From the NCBI GenBank assembly GCA_964016885.1, contig OZ024765.1:21948001-22012000 (forward strand): 64,000 nucleotides of DNA, given 5' to 3'. This DNA is from Eledone cirrhosa (lineage: Eukaryota). A program made the translations under genes and the position numbers. Below are positions 1-14,800 of this stretch, piece by piece (positions within the stretch are counted from its first letter, which is position 1; each line of letters begins with the position of its first letter). Under the pieces are notes generated by a model. That model was given only the letters and a program-made list of their open reading frames with translations. It had not been told where the DNA came from and ran no database searches.

Positions 1-5
1 GGCAG
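1..5 (-). CDS. Hc: First bases of hemocyanin FU-b exon 1 of the minus-strand gene (continues off the left edge)
   Basis: Bases 1-100 are the reverse complement of 46271-46370, including the acceptor ttcag|CTGCC that opens FU-b in the + gene. Confidence 0.8.
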
Positions 6-93
6 CTGAAATTATAGAAGAGAAGGTTTAAATAGAAGTTGATTCTAAAACAAGAAAACATTCACTTGAATTAAAACTATTGTCTAACCCTTT

Positions 94-549
94 AACATTT
101 ACATTACACTATATATACTATTGTATTTTCACAGTAAAGGCTTTACCTCACATAATATCTCACATAACATTTACATTACTCTATCTTTACTATTGTATTT
201 TCACAGTAAAGTCTTTACCACACATAATATCTCACATAACATTTACATTACTCTATATATACTATTGTATTATCACAGTAAAGTCTTTACCTCACATAAT
301 ATCTCACATAAGATTTACATTATTCTATATATACTATTGTATTTTCACAGTAAAGGCTTTACCTCACATAATATCTCGCATAACATTTACATTACTCTAT
401 ATATACTATTGTATTTTCACAGTAAAGGCTTTACCTCACATAATATCTCACATAACATTTACATTACTCTATATATACTATTGTATTGTCACAGTAAAGG
501 CTTTACCTCACATAATATCTCACATAACTATTACATTACTCTATATATA
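94..549 (-). repeat. 72-bp minisatellite (~6 units) in the FU-a/FU-b linker intron of the minus gene
   Basis: Reverse complement of the unit atgttatgtgagatattatgtgaggtaaagcctttactgtgaaaatacaatagtatatatagagtaatgtaa; gives 24-aa periodic pseudo-ORFs. Confidence 0.95.
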
Positions 550-632
550 CTGTTCTCTTACTTCCATTCTCCCACTGGATGATGTATTTTGTTTAGTTCT
601 AGATAAATGTCTGAGAGAAAGGAGGTACTTAC

Positions 633-1865
633 GGTCGTGATGTCCAACTTCTGGGATGTAGGTAACAATTGGTTTTGGAATAACTTCCTCAGGAAGATGA
701 CTTCCATTGATAGCTGTCACTTCGGCTTTCAGATAATAGTCTCCATCTAATTCCAATCCTAAAGACTTGACTGTATCGCTGATATCATAAAGATAAGGAT
801 AACCAAAGTTCCATGGCATCTCTCTTTTACCACCGAGGATGAAGAATTCTCCAGCATCATTATGGCAGTCGTCGCTCTTTCTTGAATCTTTGCTTGGGAT
901 ACACACCATGATGTGAACATTAGCTGATGTCTTGATACCACCCAAACGGAAGTTAGCGAAGGCTCTCGGGTGTGACTGGCGTTCCTTTAATAAGCTGTCT
1001 AATTCAGAAATAGACATTCCATTTAAAGTGAGATCGTCGTAATTATATTCTAAATGGTCGCTAGTGAAAATGTCGGCTGCTTTAGCGTTTTTCTTTGTTA
1101 ATTCAATTGGGTTAGAATCTCGTCCGAAAGGTTCCATAGGAGTGTGAAGTAAGTTTAAACCGCAGTGAATCTTCTCATCATGGCCTCTGTGTTTCTGAAG
1201 AGCTTGCCATATACTAAACAAACGCTCAACGTTGGAGTGGTGTAAAAAGAAGAGAGGGTCGTATGAGGTATAGTCTAGACTAGACATAGAATAAGGGTAT
1301 CGACCCCCAACTAAGAAGTGGACTGGGTTGTGTGCTACCTCAAACTGGACTTCAAACCGACAATAGTCTTCCTGTTCAAAAGCCATCAACATCTTCTCCA
1401 ATAAGCTGTTCTTCTTTCCGTGGGCGGCATCAAAAAGTTGGTTATCAATTGCTCTGGCAGTGACTTTGTTCTCAAATTCAATGGCACCAGAATAAAATAC
1501 ATTTTTCTTTGCTTTCTTACCGCTGGGATCGATAAAGAGCGGATGTTGAACTAAGGAGGGTAGTTCAGATATCGCCTGTGTCCAATCCCAGTAGGGTACA
1601 CCATGAGTCGATCCATGACTTGCCATAACCTGTTCAAATTGTACCACGTACAACCTGTGCCATAAAGGAAACGTAGGCATACCATGGAGACAACATACCA
1701 CTGGACTACCATCGGCAGCTTTACAGTCAGCAGGTTCTCCATGATAGGCTGAAATAGCCTGGAAACCAGTTGGACCGTGGTCAGATTGCATGGAATGTAA
1801 GGCCAATTGTAGGCTGATTATCTCAGCCTCGGTCAAGCTATCGACATTTTTGCGCACAAATTTAC
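633..1865 (-). CDS. Hc: Hemocyanin FU-a exon, minus-strand gene
   Basis: Type-3 copper motifs AYHGEP, CCLHGMPTFPLWHR, PYWDWT, EVAHNPVH and DPLFFLHHSNVER; AG acceptor at 1867-1866 and GTAAGT donor from 632; phase 1 at both ends; protein identical to 43756-44988 in the ORF track. Confidence 0.95.
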
Positions 1866-1967
1866 CTGAAGAAGGAGAAAAAGAAGAAAAAGCAAAGAAT
1901 AAGATGAGAGTAAAGGGAAAATAATAGTTAATGATATTACATATTTTACTGGGATGGGAAGATAAAC

Positions 1968-2060
1968 ATACATAGACACTCTCTCAGACATACATAGACA
2001 CACATACATAGTCTCTCAGACACTCACATACATATACACTCTCTCTCAAACATACACATT
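1968..2060 (-). repeat. Short (~1.5 unit) version of the 60-bp satellite
   Basis: Reverse complement reads ...gtttcaatgtgtatgtttgagagagagtgtatatgtatgtgagtgtctgagagactatgtatgtgtgtctatgtatgtctgagagagtgtctatgtatgtttatc, matching both ends of the 22378-43654 array. Confidence 0.9.
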
Positions 2061-2277
2061 GAAACACATACACACACACACGCACACATGTATGTATGGA
2101 TATATATATATGTATTGTATGCCAGGTCACCAGTTGGTGCTACTGGTAACATGTATCCCAGTACAACCTGTCCATTGTCGGGTCGTTGGTGACTAAACTG
2201 GCAACCCCACCAAGGTTTCTTGGTGAGGAGGGTGACTTTGGACATCCTGCAGGACTAAAAACAAAACCTGTCAAAGT

Positions 2278-2711
2278 GCAAAGGAGCTCTTAAGAGTCAA
2301 TGGCCATCCAAAATCACCGGGAGAGATGACCCCTTAGCCTTTGTCAAGGCAGAATTCTAGGAGAAGGAAAACTCTGATATAACACCTGCAACCCTGATGG
2401 TATCCAATGATGTTGACTTGTTCTTCTTTTTGGTAAATATCATCTTGGTTAAGAGAGTGGGACTGGCTTTGTGCAGTGCCTTTGCTCACTATAAAAGCTT
2501 TGCTTTATATCTGGCATTGCTTTATATCTGGAGATCTCTCTGCACTTGTCGTTACATGGTACCATGGGCCCAGCACTATGTGTCAATAATTGTCACAAGT
2601 GTAGTGTTTGTACCAGAGTTTTCAAGTTGCTGGCTGGACTAAAAAGTCACACTCGTTCAGCGCATCAGTAGGGGTTCTCCTACATGGATATAAAGTAGTG
2701 GCCGTACTCGA
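2278..2711 (+). mobile_element. Interspersed repeat (LINE 5'-region-like), copy 1; inverted copy at 6888-7318
   Basis: ~430 bp highly similar to the reverse complement of 6888-7318 (compare ORFs 2397..2642 and 6957..7199). The family assignment is inference. Confidence 0.7.
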
Positions 2712-2728
2712 AAACGAGTTGGCAGCCA

Positions 2729-2765
<37 letters not shown>

Positions 2766-2951
2766 ACTGTGTACGTATGCATATATGTATTTATTGGGGT
2801 GTGAATTTATGTATATCTGTATATATATATATATATATCATCATCATCATCATCTTCGTTTTCCATGCTAGCATGGGTTAATATATATATATATACATAT
2901 AAGCAAAGAGTTATTTAACAAATTTATTTATAACAGATTCGAAGAGCACTC

Positions 2952-2988
<37 letters not shown>

Positions 2989-2990
<2 letters not shown>

Positions 2991-3196
2991 GGAAATGTGG
3001 TAAGGAACCAGGTGGACCATAACGCACCAAAGTACTCAATACTTAGAGTAGTAGAGTGGGTAATAGGAACAAGTAGGACCCCGACGGCTGAGCTCAAGCC
3101 GTTTCGATGGCTAATTCTGGACTAAAAATCATTTTTAGTCCAGAATTAGCTGTCGAAACGGCTTGAGCTCAGCCGTCGGGGTCCTACTCGTTCCTA
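2989..3196. mobile_element. Fold-back element: 66-bp inverted arms (3064-3129 / 3131-3196) plus a ~75-bp tail, in (TA)n
   Basis: taggaacaagtaggacccc...ctaaaaat-c-atttttag...ggggtcctactcgttccta, with 3 mismatches between arms; half copy at 3463-3522; relatives at 52826-53022 and 54156-54326. Confidence 0.8.
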
Positions 3197-3518
3197 TATA
3201 TATATATATATATATATATAAATGAGTGGTATAGAGATTGTTTTAGCGAGAAGCTAACAGCATTCTATAACATATATGCGACTATAACGTCAAGATGGGA
3301 AAAGTAGTTAACGTAAGATTTAGGAAAAATAATTCAAACTCATCTCAAAAGAGAATCAGGATATAAATTCATCCACAGAGTTTAGTGCAATCCAGGGAAA
3401 AATCAATAGACCTTTAACTCATGATAAAATAAAGTTCAAAACACTTATCCTATATATACATATAGGAACGAGTAGGACCCCGAAGGCTGACCTCAAGCCG
3501 TTTCGACGGCTAATTCTG

Positions 3519-3562
<44 letters not shown>

Positions 3563-3615
3563 GTAAGTTATTCCGGGTTGAATCGGAGGTAACCATATAT
3601 GTATATATATCGGAG

Positions 3616-3654
<39 letters not shown>

Positions 3655-3743
3655 CCAAAGAGATTGTTTTGGTAAAAACAGGAGCAAGCAGGAGAAAGCT
3701 CTCAACATTCGTAATTTGTAGTTACTGATGTTATTATTATCAC

Positions 3744-3777
<34 letters not shown>

Positions 3778-3988
3778 TATGTATACATATATATATATAT
3801 ACCCTAGCGTCCCCCTTATTTACGTGTCCCAACAACTTTTTTTTAGCCGTTGCTCACAGCAACCTGAGGTATATGGCCTCTAATGCGACGAAATGCCTAC
3901 GACGGTTGGATGGCCACTGATGAGGACAAACTTTTTCATATGTAACCCATTTGCAGCGCCGCAGCTCCATTATTATCATATTTACATA

Positions 3989-4019
<31 letters not shown>

Positions 4020-4056
4020 GTGTGTGTGAATATATATACATATATATATATATATA

Positions 4057-4228
4057 TGTTGTTATACTTTGGGAGGGTCATGTTGCCAATAAGAAACACA
4101 CGCAGCAGTTGCTTTCACTCCAATTTATAATAAATTAAATTTATAATTTAATTTATAATAAATTGAAGTGAAAGCAACTTGTGCGTGTGTTTCTTATTGG
4201 CAACATGACCCTCCCAAAGTACAACAAT
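4057..4228. repeat. Second fold-back: ~70-bp inverted arms around an AT-rich loop
   Basis: tactttgggagggtcatgttgccaataagaaacacacgca...tgcgtgtgtttcttattggcaacatgaccctcccaaagta. Confidence 0.85.
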
Positions 4229-4289
4229 ATCGGTTTCAACACACGTTTTCAGATAAAGAATCTTGCTAAACTAATTCAGAAACGAAATT

Positions 4290-5191
<902 letters not shown>

Positions 5192-5258
5192 AATGCGTGA
5201 ATATATGCATATCTATTGTATGAAACTTGGAGAGAGAATTCCAGAATCTTTAACTTAC

Positions 5259-5289
5259 CGTAAGTAATTACTGGTACAAATATTGAGAT
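5259..5289 (-). CDS. Hc: Hemocyanin signal-peptide exon s2 ([11 protein letters not shown]), minus gene
   Basis: Polypyrimidine ctcag acceptor, 31 nt, phase-1 GTAAGT donor that joins FU-a in frame (G+GT = Gly, then KFVRKNVD); mirror of 17881-17911. Confidence 0.85.
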
Positions 5290-5438
5290 CTGAGGTGGAG
5301 AAAAATAAGATTTTTAATTACAGAGAAATTAATTAACTTAGAATTTAATTAAATTATAATTAAAATTGAACAGAATAGAAAATATGTTTTAAAAAATGAA
5401 ATATAATTTTTTTAAACTCTTTTGATAGAAAGGCTTAC

Positions 5439-5474
5439 CATATAGAGCAACATTAGGCTATGGGCTGGTCCCAT
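5439..5474 (-). CDS. Hc: Candidate alternative first exon s1b (MGPAHSLMLLYM), minus gene
   Basis: accATGG context, 12 codons, GTAAGC phase-0 donor in frame with s2; diverged tandem copy of s1a. Confidence 0.45.
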
Positions 5475-5608
5475 GGTGTTGGGGAGTTTAAGTTAGTGGG
5501 GAAACAAATTAATTAATTTAAAATTAAATTAAAATAGAAAATAATTTTTTAAAAACGATATAAAATCTCATAAATTAAAAGAAAAAAGAAAAAAAAACTT
5601 TGTCTTAC

Positions 5609-5659
5609 GATGGAAAGGATTGCCACGCAGAGCAACCTTGGGCTATGGGTTGGTGCCAT
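5609..5659 (-). CDS. Hc: Hemocyanin signal-peptide exon s1a (MAPTHSPRLLCVAILSI), minus gene
   Basis: aacATGG start ~80 nt after the TATA box, hydrophobic core, GTAAGA phase-0 donor. A split signal peptide is established for molluscan hemocyanin genes. Confidence 0.8.
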
Positions 5660-5734
5660 GTTGTTGATAAATGTAAGTTAGTGTTGAGCCATCTGTTAGC
5701 AGAGCAGAATGTGTTATGGAGGTCTGTTGTGAGG

Positions 5735-5797
5735 TTTATATAAGGCTGGCTTCTCAAGAGAGTCCAGAATAGTTTTGATATCTGATCTGAACACGTG
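5735..5797 (-). promoter_or_regulatory. Core promoter of the minus gene: TATATAAA (5742-5735) and CACGTG (5792-5797)
   Basis: Motifs read directly; identical to the + gene promoter. Confidence 0.7.
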
Positions 5798-5981
5798 AAG
5801 AAGAGGTTTAGATTAACAGAGTAAACAGAGGAGAGGTCAGAAGTTCAGAGATGAGATGATGGAGAGAAGGAGAGGAAGGGAGAGAGAGAGAGGGGGAGAG
5901 AGGGGGGGGAGTCTTTGTTTCTTATTTTTGTCTTTTCTTTTCTGTCTCTTATTATTTGTTTTTGTCAAAATTACAATATGT

Positions 5982-6012
<31 letters not shown>

Positions 6013-6099
6013 TACAATATATATATATATATATAGTATATATATTGTATATATATTGTATATATATATATATTGTATACATATATACGTATATATATA

Positions 6100-6150
<51 letters not shown>

Positions 6151-6336
6151 GAATAATCGAGAATCGGAATATCAGCCCACGAAATCACGATAAACAATAT
6201 CCGATATATGTGGCAGAGGGCTCAATAATTTGGAAAAATCAGAGCTATAACTATCGTTAAAATACCAACACATAGACGTCATGCCTAAAATCACCCGTGC
6301 AGCCGAAAAAGAACGACCAGGAAGATTCGGGTCACT

Positions 6337-6390
<54 letters not shown>

Positions 6391-6644
6391 CAAACAACAC
6401 GGACACTCTATCTCAAAATTATTTTTGAAAAGCATTTAGAAATGCGCAGCCGGTAAAAACTTAAAAACTTAAAACCACAACTGAATACTAACCCATACAA
6501 TCACTAATACTCTTTTATTCCTAATTAAACCCTTTTTCAACTGTGAACAATTTGTCAGCATTTTCTATTCCGTTTACCAATATATATATATATATATATA
6601 CATATATGTATATTTATTCAGATATATGAATACGTTACATATCC

Positions 6645-6760
6645 AAGGCCAGCAATTTTGGGGGAGGGGGAAGTCGATTAAATCAACCCCAGCACATTAC
6701 TGGTACTATATTTTCTCAACCCGTAAGGATGAAAGGCAAAGTTGACCTGAACGGGGATTT
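6645..6760 (-). mobile_element. Fragment of a tRNA-derived SINE (same family as 20959-21150)
   Basis: Reverse complement contains gtcaactttgcctttcatcctt...agtaccagtaatgtgctggggttgatttaatcgac. Confidence 0.7.
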
Positions 6761-6887
6761 TATTTTATTATAATTCCTGTATTTGTTTTTCTATAAAGTT
6801 TATCTGGAAGCATCTGTTCCCCAACTATCAGATAATCTTGCCAGAACTTTCTGTAATAAGTCCATAGTTTCCAAACTTAAAGTCACC

Positions 6888-7318
6888 TCGAGTACGGCCA
6901 CTACTTTATATCCATTTAGGAGAACCCCTACCGATGCGCTGAACGAGTGTGACTTTTTAGTCCAGCCAGCAACTTGAAAACTCTGGTACAAACACTACAC
7001 TGGTGACAATTATTGACACATAGTGCTGGGCCCATGGTACCATGTGATGACAAGTGCAGAGAGATCTCCAGATATAAAGCAATGCCTGTGCCGTGAAGCT
7101 TTTATAGTGAGCAAAGGCACTGCACAAAGCCAGTCCCACTCTCTTAACCAAGATAATATTTACCAAAAAGAAGAACAAGTCAGCATCATTGGATACCATC
7201 AGGGTTGCAGGTGTTATATCAGAGTTTTCCTTCTCCTAGAATTCTGCCTTGACAAAGGCTAAGGGGTCATCTCTCCCGGTGATTTTGGATGGCCATTGAC
7301 TCTTAAGAGCTCCTTTGC
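6888..7318 (-). mobile_element. Interspersed repeat copy 2 (inverted relative to 2278-2711)
   Basis: Direct reverse-complement similarity. Confidence 0.7.
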
Positions 7319-7740
7319 CCTGTTTTCTCTGTCCTTGTGGTGGTGTTTACCCAGGGTGGGTTGAGCTGGCTCCATTGAAGGAATTCATGCTGTGAGTTCA
7401 TTTCAATGGAGGTTCTGTGCTGCATAGGTCTCAGAAATGGCACCCAGCTGCAAGTATATCCACTTTAGGATGGTGCAATCCATTGCATCAATTAGAGCGC
7501 CGAGCTCTTACTTTCACGCCCAACCCAATTTAGTGGAGCCAGTTCCATGACAGTGATACATGTGAGGGAGTTTGGCCAACAGAGGTGATAAACACAACCT
7601 ATTTGAGCCATTTTGTCTGCCAGCTTGAGCTCACCCCACTGCCCAGCTCAGGCAAACCAACCCCCAGGTTTGTTTGTAGGTAAATCTGACTACAACCTCA
7701 TGGGACAGATCTCAATTTCTGGCTCAACTCAAGAAGGATC

Positions 7741-7768
7741 ACACACACATATATACATATATATATAT

Positions 7769-7861
<93 letters not shown>

Positions 7862-7952
7862 TATATACATATATATACACGCACACATATATACATATAT
7901 ATACACACACACATGTATACATATATATATATATACACACACATATATACAA

Positions 7953-8005
<53 letters not shown>

Positions 8006-8442
8006 CACATATATACATATATATATACACACACACGTACACACACACATATATATATATATACACACACATATATATATATATATATACACACACATAT
8101 ATATACATATATATACACACACACACACATATATATATACACACACATATATACATATATACACACACACATATATACATATATATATATATACACACAC
8201 ATATATATATATACACACACACACATATATATATATATATACATACACACACACACATATATACATATATATATACTAAAAACAATATACATATATATAC
8301 ACACATATATATATATATATATACACACACCCACACACATATATACACATATATATATACACACACACACATATATACATATATATATATACACACACAT
8401 ATATATATATATATATACACACACACATATATACATATATAT

Positions 8443-8487
<45 letters not shown>

Positions 8488-8510
8488 TATATACATATAT
8501 AGATACACAC
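7741..8510. repeat. Compound (CA)n/(TA)n microsatellite
   Basis: Direct reading. Confidence 0.97.
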
Positions 8511-8571
8511 AAAATTATTTCTCTTCAAAATATGCTTCATTTATTGTCACAAGAAAATAATTCAGGTAGAA

Positions 8572-8822
8572 GATCGTCAGCTCGGTGCTTATCCCGGTTT
8601 CATGGCGTGAAGTGACTGAGAGTACAAGACTTCCCCCTGGATAGGACACCAGTCTATCACAGGGTTAAACCTCCAGCTATTACTGGTACTCATTTTTAGC
8701 TGAGTAAACTGGAGCAACGTGAAATGAAGTATTTTGCTCAAGAACACAACACGCAACCCAGGAATCAAACCTACAACATTATGATCGTAAGTCCAACACC
8801 CTTACCACTAGGCCACACACCA
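8572..8822 (-). mobile_element. tRNA-derived SINE with Pol III A and B boxes
   Basis: Minus strand GGTGTG-TGGCCTAGTGG-TAAGGGTGTTGGACT...GGTTTGATTCC (A box 8815-8805, B box 8771-8761), followed by a SINE-like body gtgttcttgagcaaaatacttcatttcacgttgctccagt... Confidence 0.8.
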
Positions 8823-11800
8823 ACCAGTCTAACACCCTTACTACTAGACCACACACCAACCAGTCTAACACCCTTACCACTAGACCACACACCAACCAGT
8901 CCAACACCCTTACCACTAGACCACACACCAACCAGTCCAACAACCTTACCACTAGGCCACACACCAACCAGTCTAACACCCTTACTACTAGACCACACAC
9001 CAACCAGTCTAACACCCTTACCACTAGACCACACACCAACCAGTCCAACACCCTTACCACTAGACCACACACCAAACAGTCTAACACCCTTACCACTAGA
9101 TCACACACCAACCAGTCCAACACCCTTACCACTAGACCACACACCAAACAGTCTAACACCCTTACCACTAGACCACACACCAACCAGTCCAACACCCTTA
9201 CCACTAGACCACACACCAAACAGTCTAACACCCTTACCACTAGACCACACACCAACCAGTCCAACACCCTTAACACTAGACCACACACCAACCAGTCTAA
9301 CACCCTTACCACTAGACCACACACCAACCAGTCTAACACCCTTACCTCTAGACCACACACCAACCAGTCCAACACCCTTACCACTAGACCACACACCAAC
9401 CAGTCTAACACCCTTACCACTAGACCTCACACCAACCAGTCTAACACCCTTACCACTAGACCACACACCAACCAGTCTAACACCGTTAACACTAGGCCAC
9501 ACACCAACCAGTCTAACACCCTTACCACTATCACTAGACCACACACCAACCAGTCTAACACCCTTACCACTAGACCACACACCAACTAGTCTAACACCCT
9601 TACCACTAGACCACACACCAATCAGTCCAACACCCTTACCACTAGACCACACACCAACCAGTCTAACACCCTTACCACTAGACCACACACCAACCAGTCT
9701 AACACCCTTACCACTAGACCTCACACCAACCAGTCTAACACCCTTACCACTAGACCACACACCAACCAGTCTAACACCGTTAACACTAGGCCACACACCA
9801 ACCAGTCTAACACCCTTACCACTATCACTAGACCACACACCAACCAGTCTAACACCCTTACCACTATCACTAGACCACACACCAACCAGTCTAACACCCT
9901 TACCACTAGACCACACACCAACTAGTCTAACACCCTTACCACTAGACCACACACCAACCAGCCCAACACCCTTACCACTAGACCACACACCAACCAGTCT
10001 AACACCCTTACCACACTAGAAACACACTAACCAGTCTAACACCCTTACCACTAGGCCACACACCTACCAGTCCAACACCCTTACCACTAGACCACACACC
10101 AACCAGTCTAACACCCTTACCACTAGGCCACACACTAACCAGTCTAACACCCTTACCACTAGACCACACACCAACCAGTCTAACACCCTTACCACTAGAC
10201 CACACACCAACCAGTCTAACACCCTTACCACTAGACCACATACCAACCAGTCTAACACCCTTACCACTAGACCACACACCAACCAGTCTAACACCCTTAC
10301 CACTAGACCACACACCAACCAGTCTAACACCCTTACCACTAGACCACACACCAACCAGTCCAACACACTTACCACTAGACCACACACCAACCAGTCTAAC
10401 ACACTTACCACTAGACCACACACCTACCAGTCTAACACCCTTACCACTAGGCCACACACTAACCAGTCTAACACCCTTACCACTAGACCACACACCAACC
10501 AGTCTAACACCCTTACCACTAGACCACACACCAACCAGTCTAACACCCTTACCACACTAGAAACACACTAACCAGTCTAACACCCTTACCACTAGACCAC
10601 ACACCAACCAGTCTAACACCCTTACCACTAGGCCACACACCAACCAGTCTAACACCCTTACCACTAGACCACACACTAACCAGTCTAACACCCTTACCAC
10701 TAGACCACACACCAACCAGTCTAACACCCTTACCACTAGGCCACACACCAACCAGTCTAACACCCTTACCACTAGACCACACACCAACCAGTCTAACACC
10801 CTTACCACTAGACCACACACCAACCAGTCTAACACCCTTACCACTAGACTACACACCAACCAGTTCAACACCCTTACCACTAGACCACACACCAACCAGT
10901 CCAACACCCTTACCACTAGACCACACACCAACCAGTCTAACACCCTTACTACTAGACCACACACCAACCAGTCTAACACCCTTACCACTAGACCACACAC
11001 CAACCAGTCCAACACCCTTACCACTAGACCACACACCAAACAGTCTAACACCCTTACCACTAGACCACACACCAACCAGTCCAACACCCTTACCACTAGA
11101 CCACACACCAAACAGTCTAACACCCTTACCACTAGACCACACACCAACCAGTCCAACACCCTTACCACTAGACCACACACCAAAAAGTCTAACACCCTTA
11201 CCACTAGACCACACACCAACCAGTCCAACACCCTTACCACTAGACCACACACCAAACAGTCTAACACCCTTACCACTAGACCACACACCAACCAGTCCAA
11301 CACCCTTACCACTAGACCACACACCAACCAGTCTAACACCCTTACCACTAGACCACACACCAACCAGTCTAACACCCTTACCACTAGGCCACACACCAAC
11401 CAGTCTAACACCCTTACCACTAGACCACACACTAACCAGTCTAACACCCTTACCACTAGACCACACACCAACCAGTCTAACACCCTTACCACTAGGCCAC
11501 ACACCAACCAGTCTAACACCCTTACCACTAGACCACACACCAACCAGTCCAACACCCTTACCACTAGACCACACACCAACCAGTTCAACACCCTTACCAC
11601 TAGACCACACACCAACCAGTCCAACACCCTTACCACTAGACCACACACCAACCAGTCTAACACCCTTACTACTAGACCACACACCAACCAGTCTAACACC
11701 CTTACCACTAGACCACACACCAACCAGTCCAACACCCTTACCACTAGACCACACACCAAACAGTCTAACACCCTTACCACTAGACCACACACCAACCAGT

Positions 11801-14800
11801 CCAACACCCTTACCACTAGACCACACACCAAACAGTCTAACACCCTTACCACTAGACCACACACCAACCAGTCCAACACCCTTACCACTAGACCACACAC
11901 CAAACAGTCTAACACCCTTACCACTAGACCACACACCAACCAGTCCAACACCCTTACCACTAGACCACACACCAAACAGTCTAACACCCTTACCACTAGA
12001 CCACACACCAACCAGTCCAACACCCTTACCACTAGACCACACACCAAACAGTCTAACACCCTTACCACTAGACCACACACCAACCAGTCCAACACCCTTA
12101 ACACTAGACCACACACCAACCAGTCTAACACCCTTACCACTAGACCACACACCAACCAGTCTAACACCCTTACCTCTAGACCACACACCAACCAGTCCAA
12201 CACCCTTACCACTAGACCACACACCAACCACTCCAACACCCTTACCACTAGACCACACACCAACCAGTCTAACACCCTTACCACTAGACCTCACACCAAC
12301 CAGTCTAACACCCATACCACTAGACCACACACCAACCAGTCTAACACCCTTACCACACTAGAAACACACTAACCAGTCTAACACCCTTACCACTAGGCCA
12401 CACACCAACCAGTCTAACACCCTTACCACTACCACTAGACCACACACCAACCAGTCTAACACCCTTACCACTAGACCACACATCAACCAGTCCAACACCC
12501 TTACCACTAGACCACACACCAAACAGTCTAACACCCTTACCACTAGACCACACACAAACCAGTCCAACACCCTTACCACTAGACCACACACCAAACAGTC
12601 TAACACCCTTACCACTAGACCACACACCAACCAGTCCAACACCCTTACCACTAGACCACACACCAAACAGTCTAACACCCTTACCACTAGATCACACACC
12701 AACCAGTCCAACACCCTTACCACTAGACCACACAACAAACAGTCCAACACCCTTACCACTAGACTACACACCAAACAGTCTAACACCCTTACCACTAGAC
12801 CACACACCAACCAGTCCAACACCCTTAACACTAGACCACACACCAACCAGTCTAACACCCTTACCACTAGACCACACACCAACCAGTCTAACACCCTTAC
12901 CTCTAGACCACACACCAACCAGTCCAACACCCTTACCACTAGACCACACACCAACCAGTCTAACACCCTTACCACACTAGAAACACACTAACCAGTCTAA
13001 CACCCTTACCACTAGGCCACACACCTACCAGTCTAACACCCTTACGACTAGGCCACACACTAACCAGTCTAACACCCTTACCACTAGACCACACACCAAC
13101 CAGTCTAACACCCTTACGACTAGGCCACACACTAACCAGTCTAACACCCTTACCACTAGACCACACACCTACCAGTCTAACACCCTTACGACTAGGCCAC
13201 ACACTAACCAGTCTAACACCCTTACCACTAGACCACACACCAACCAGTCCAACACCCTTACCACTAGACCACACACCAACCATTCTAACACACTTACCAC
13301 TAGACCACACACCTACCAGTCTAACACCCTTACCACTAGGCCACACACTAACCAGTCTAACATCCTTACCACTAGACCACACACCAACCAGTCTAACATC
13401 CTTACTACTAGACCACACACCAAACAGTCTAACACCCTTACCACTAGACCACACACCAACCAGTCCACATACCAACCAGTCTAACACCCTTACCACTAGA
13501 CCACACACCAACCATTCTAACACACTTACCACTAGGCCACACACTAACCAGTCTAACACCCTTACCACTAGACCACACACCAACCAGTCTAACACCCTTA
13601 CCACTAGACCACACACCAACCAGTCTAACACCCTTACCACACTAGAAACACACTAACCAGTCTAACACCCTTACCACTAGACCACACACCAACCAGTCTA
13701 ACACCCTTACCACTAGACCACACACCAACCAGTCTAACACCCTTACCACTAGGCCACACACCAACCAGTCTAACACCCTTACCACTAGACCACACACTAA
13801 CCAGTCTAACACCCTTACCACTAGACCACACACCAACCAGTCTAACACCCTTACCACTAGACCACACACCAACCAGTCTAACACCCTTACCACTAGACCA
13901 CACACCAACCAGTTCAACACCCTTACCACTAGACCACATACCAACCAGTCTAACACCCTTACCACTAGACCACACACCAACCAGTCTAACACCCTTACCA
14001 CTAGACCACACACCAACCAGTCTAACACCCTTACCACTAGACCACACACCAACCAGTCCAACACCCTTACCACTAGACCACACACCAACCATTCTAACAC
14101 ACTTACCACTAGACCACACACCAGCCAGTCTAACACCCTTACTACTAGACCTCACACCAACCAGTCTAACACCCTTACCACTAGACCACACACCAACCAG
14201 TCTAACATCCTTACTACTAGACCACACACCAAACAGTCTAACAACCTTACCACTAGACCACACACCAACCAGTCCACATACCAACCAGTCTAACACCCTT
14301 ACCACTAGACCACACACCAACCATTCTAACACACTTACCACTAGGCCACACACTAACCAGTCTAACACCCTTACCACTAGACCACACACCAACCAGTCTA
14401 ACACCCTTACCACACTAGAAACACACTAACCAGTGTAACACCCTTACCACTAGACCACACACCAACCAGTCTAACACCCTTACCACTAGACCACACACCA
14501 ACCAGTCTAACACCCTTACCACTAGGCCACACACCAACCAGTCTAACACCCTTACCACTAGACCACACACTAACCAGTCTAACACCCTTACCACTAGGCC
14601 ACACACCAACCAGTCTAACACCCTTACCACTAGACCACACACCAACCAGTCTAGCACCCTTACTACTAGACCACACACCAACCAGTCTAACACCCTTACC
14701 ACTAGACCACACACCAACCAGTTCAACACCCTTACCACTAGACCACACACCAACCAGTCCAACACCCTTACCACTAGACCACACACCAACCAGTCTAACA

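Noticed and set aside
80-640. Hydrophobic 24-aa-repeat ORFs (also at 45015-46291)
   Set aside because: Translations of the intronic 72-bp minisatellite.
541-1857. Stand-alone single-domain tyrosinase or a processed hemocyanin pseudogene
   Set aside because: Canonical splice sites, upstream signal exons with a promoter, and the FU-b acceptor at bases 7-6 show it is an exon of a second multi-FU gene. The ORF-track start (GTG) and tail are artefacts of ignoring splicing.
3860-3930. Second hammerhead (GAAA and CTGATGA close together)
   Set aside because: I could not build consistent helices I-III around the core.
8750-8822. Functional tRNA gene
   Set aside because: A and B boxes are present, but I could not fold a convincing cloverleaf and the sequence continues into a SINE body; tRNAscan-SE would settle it.
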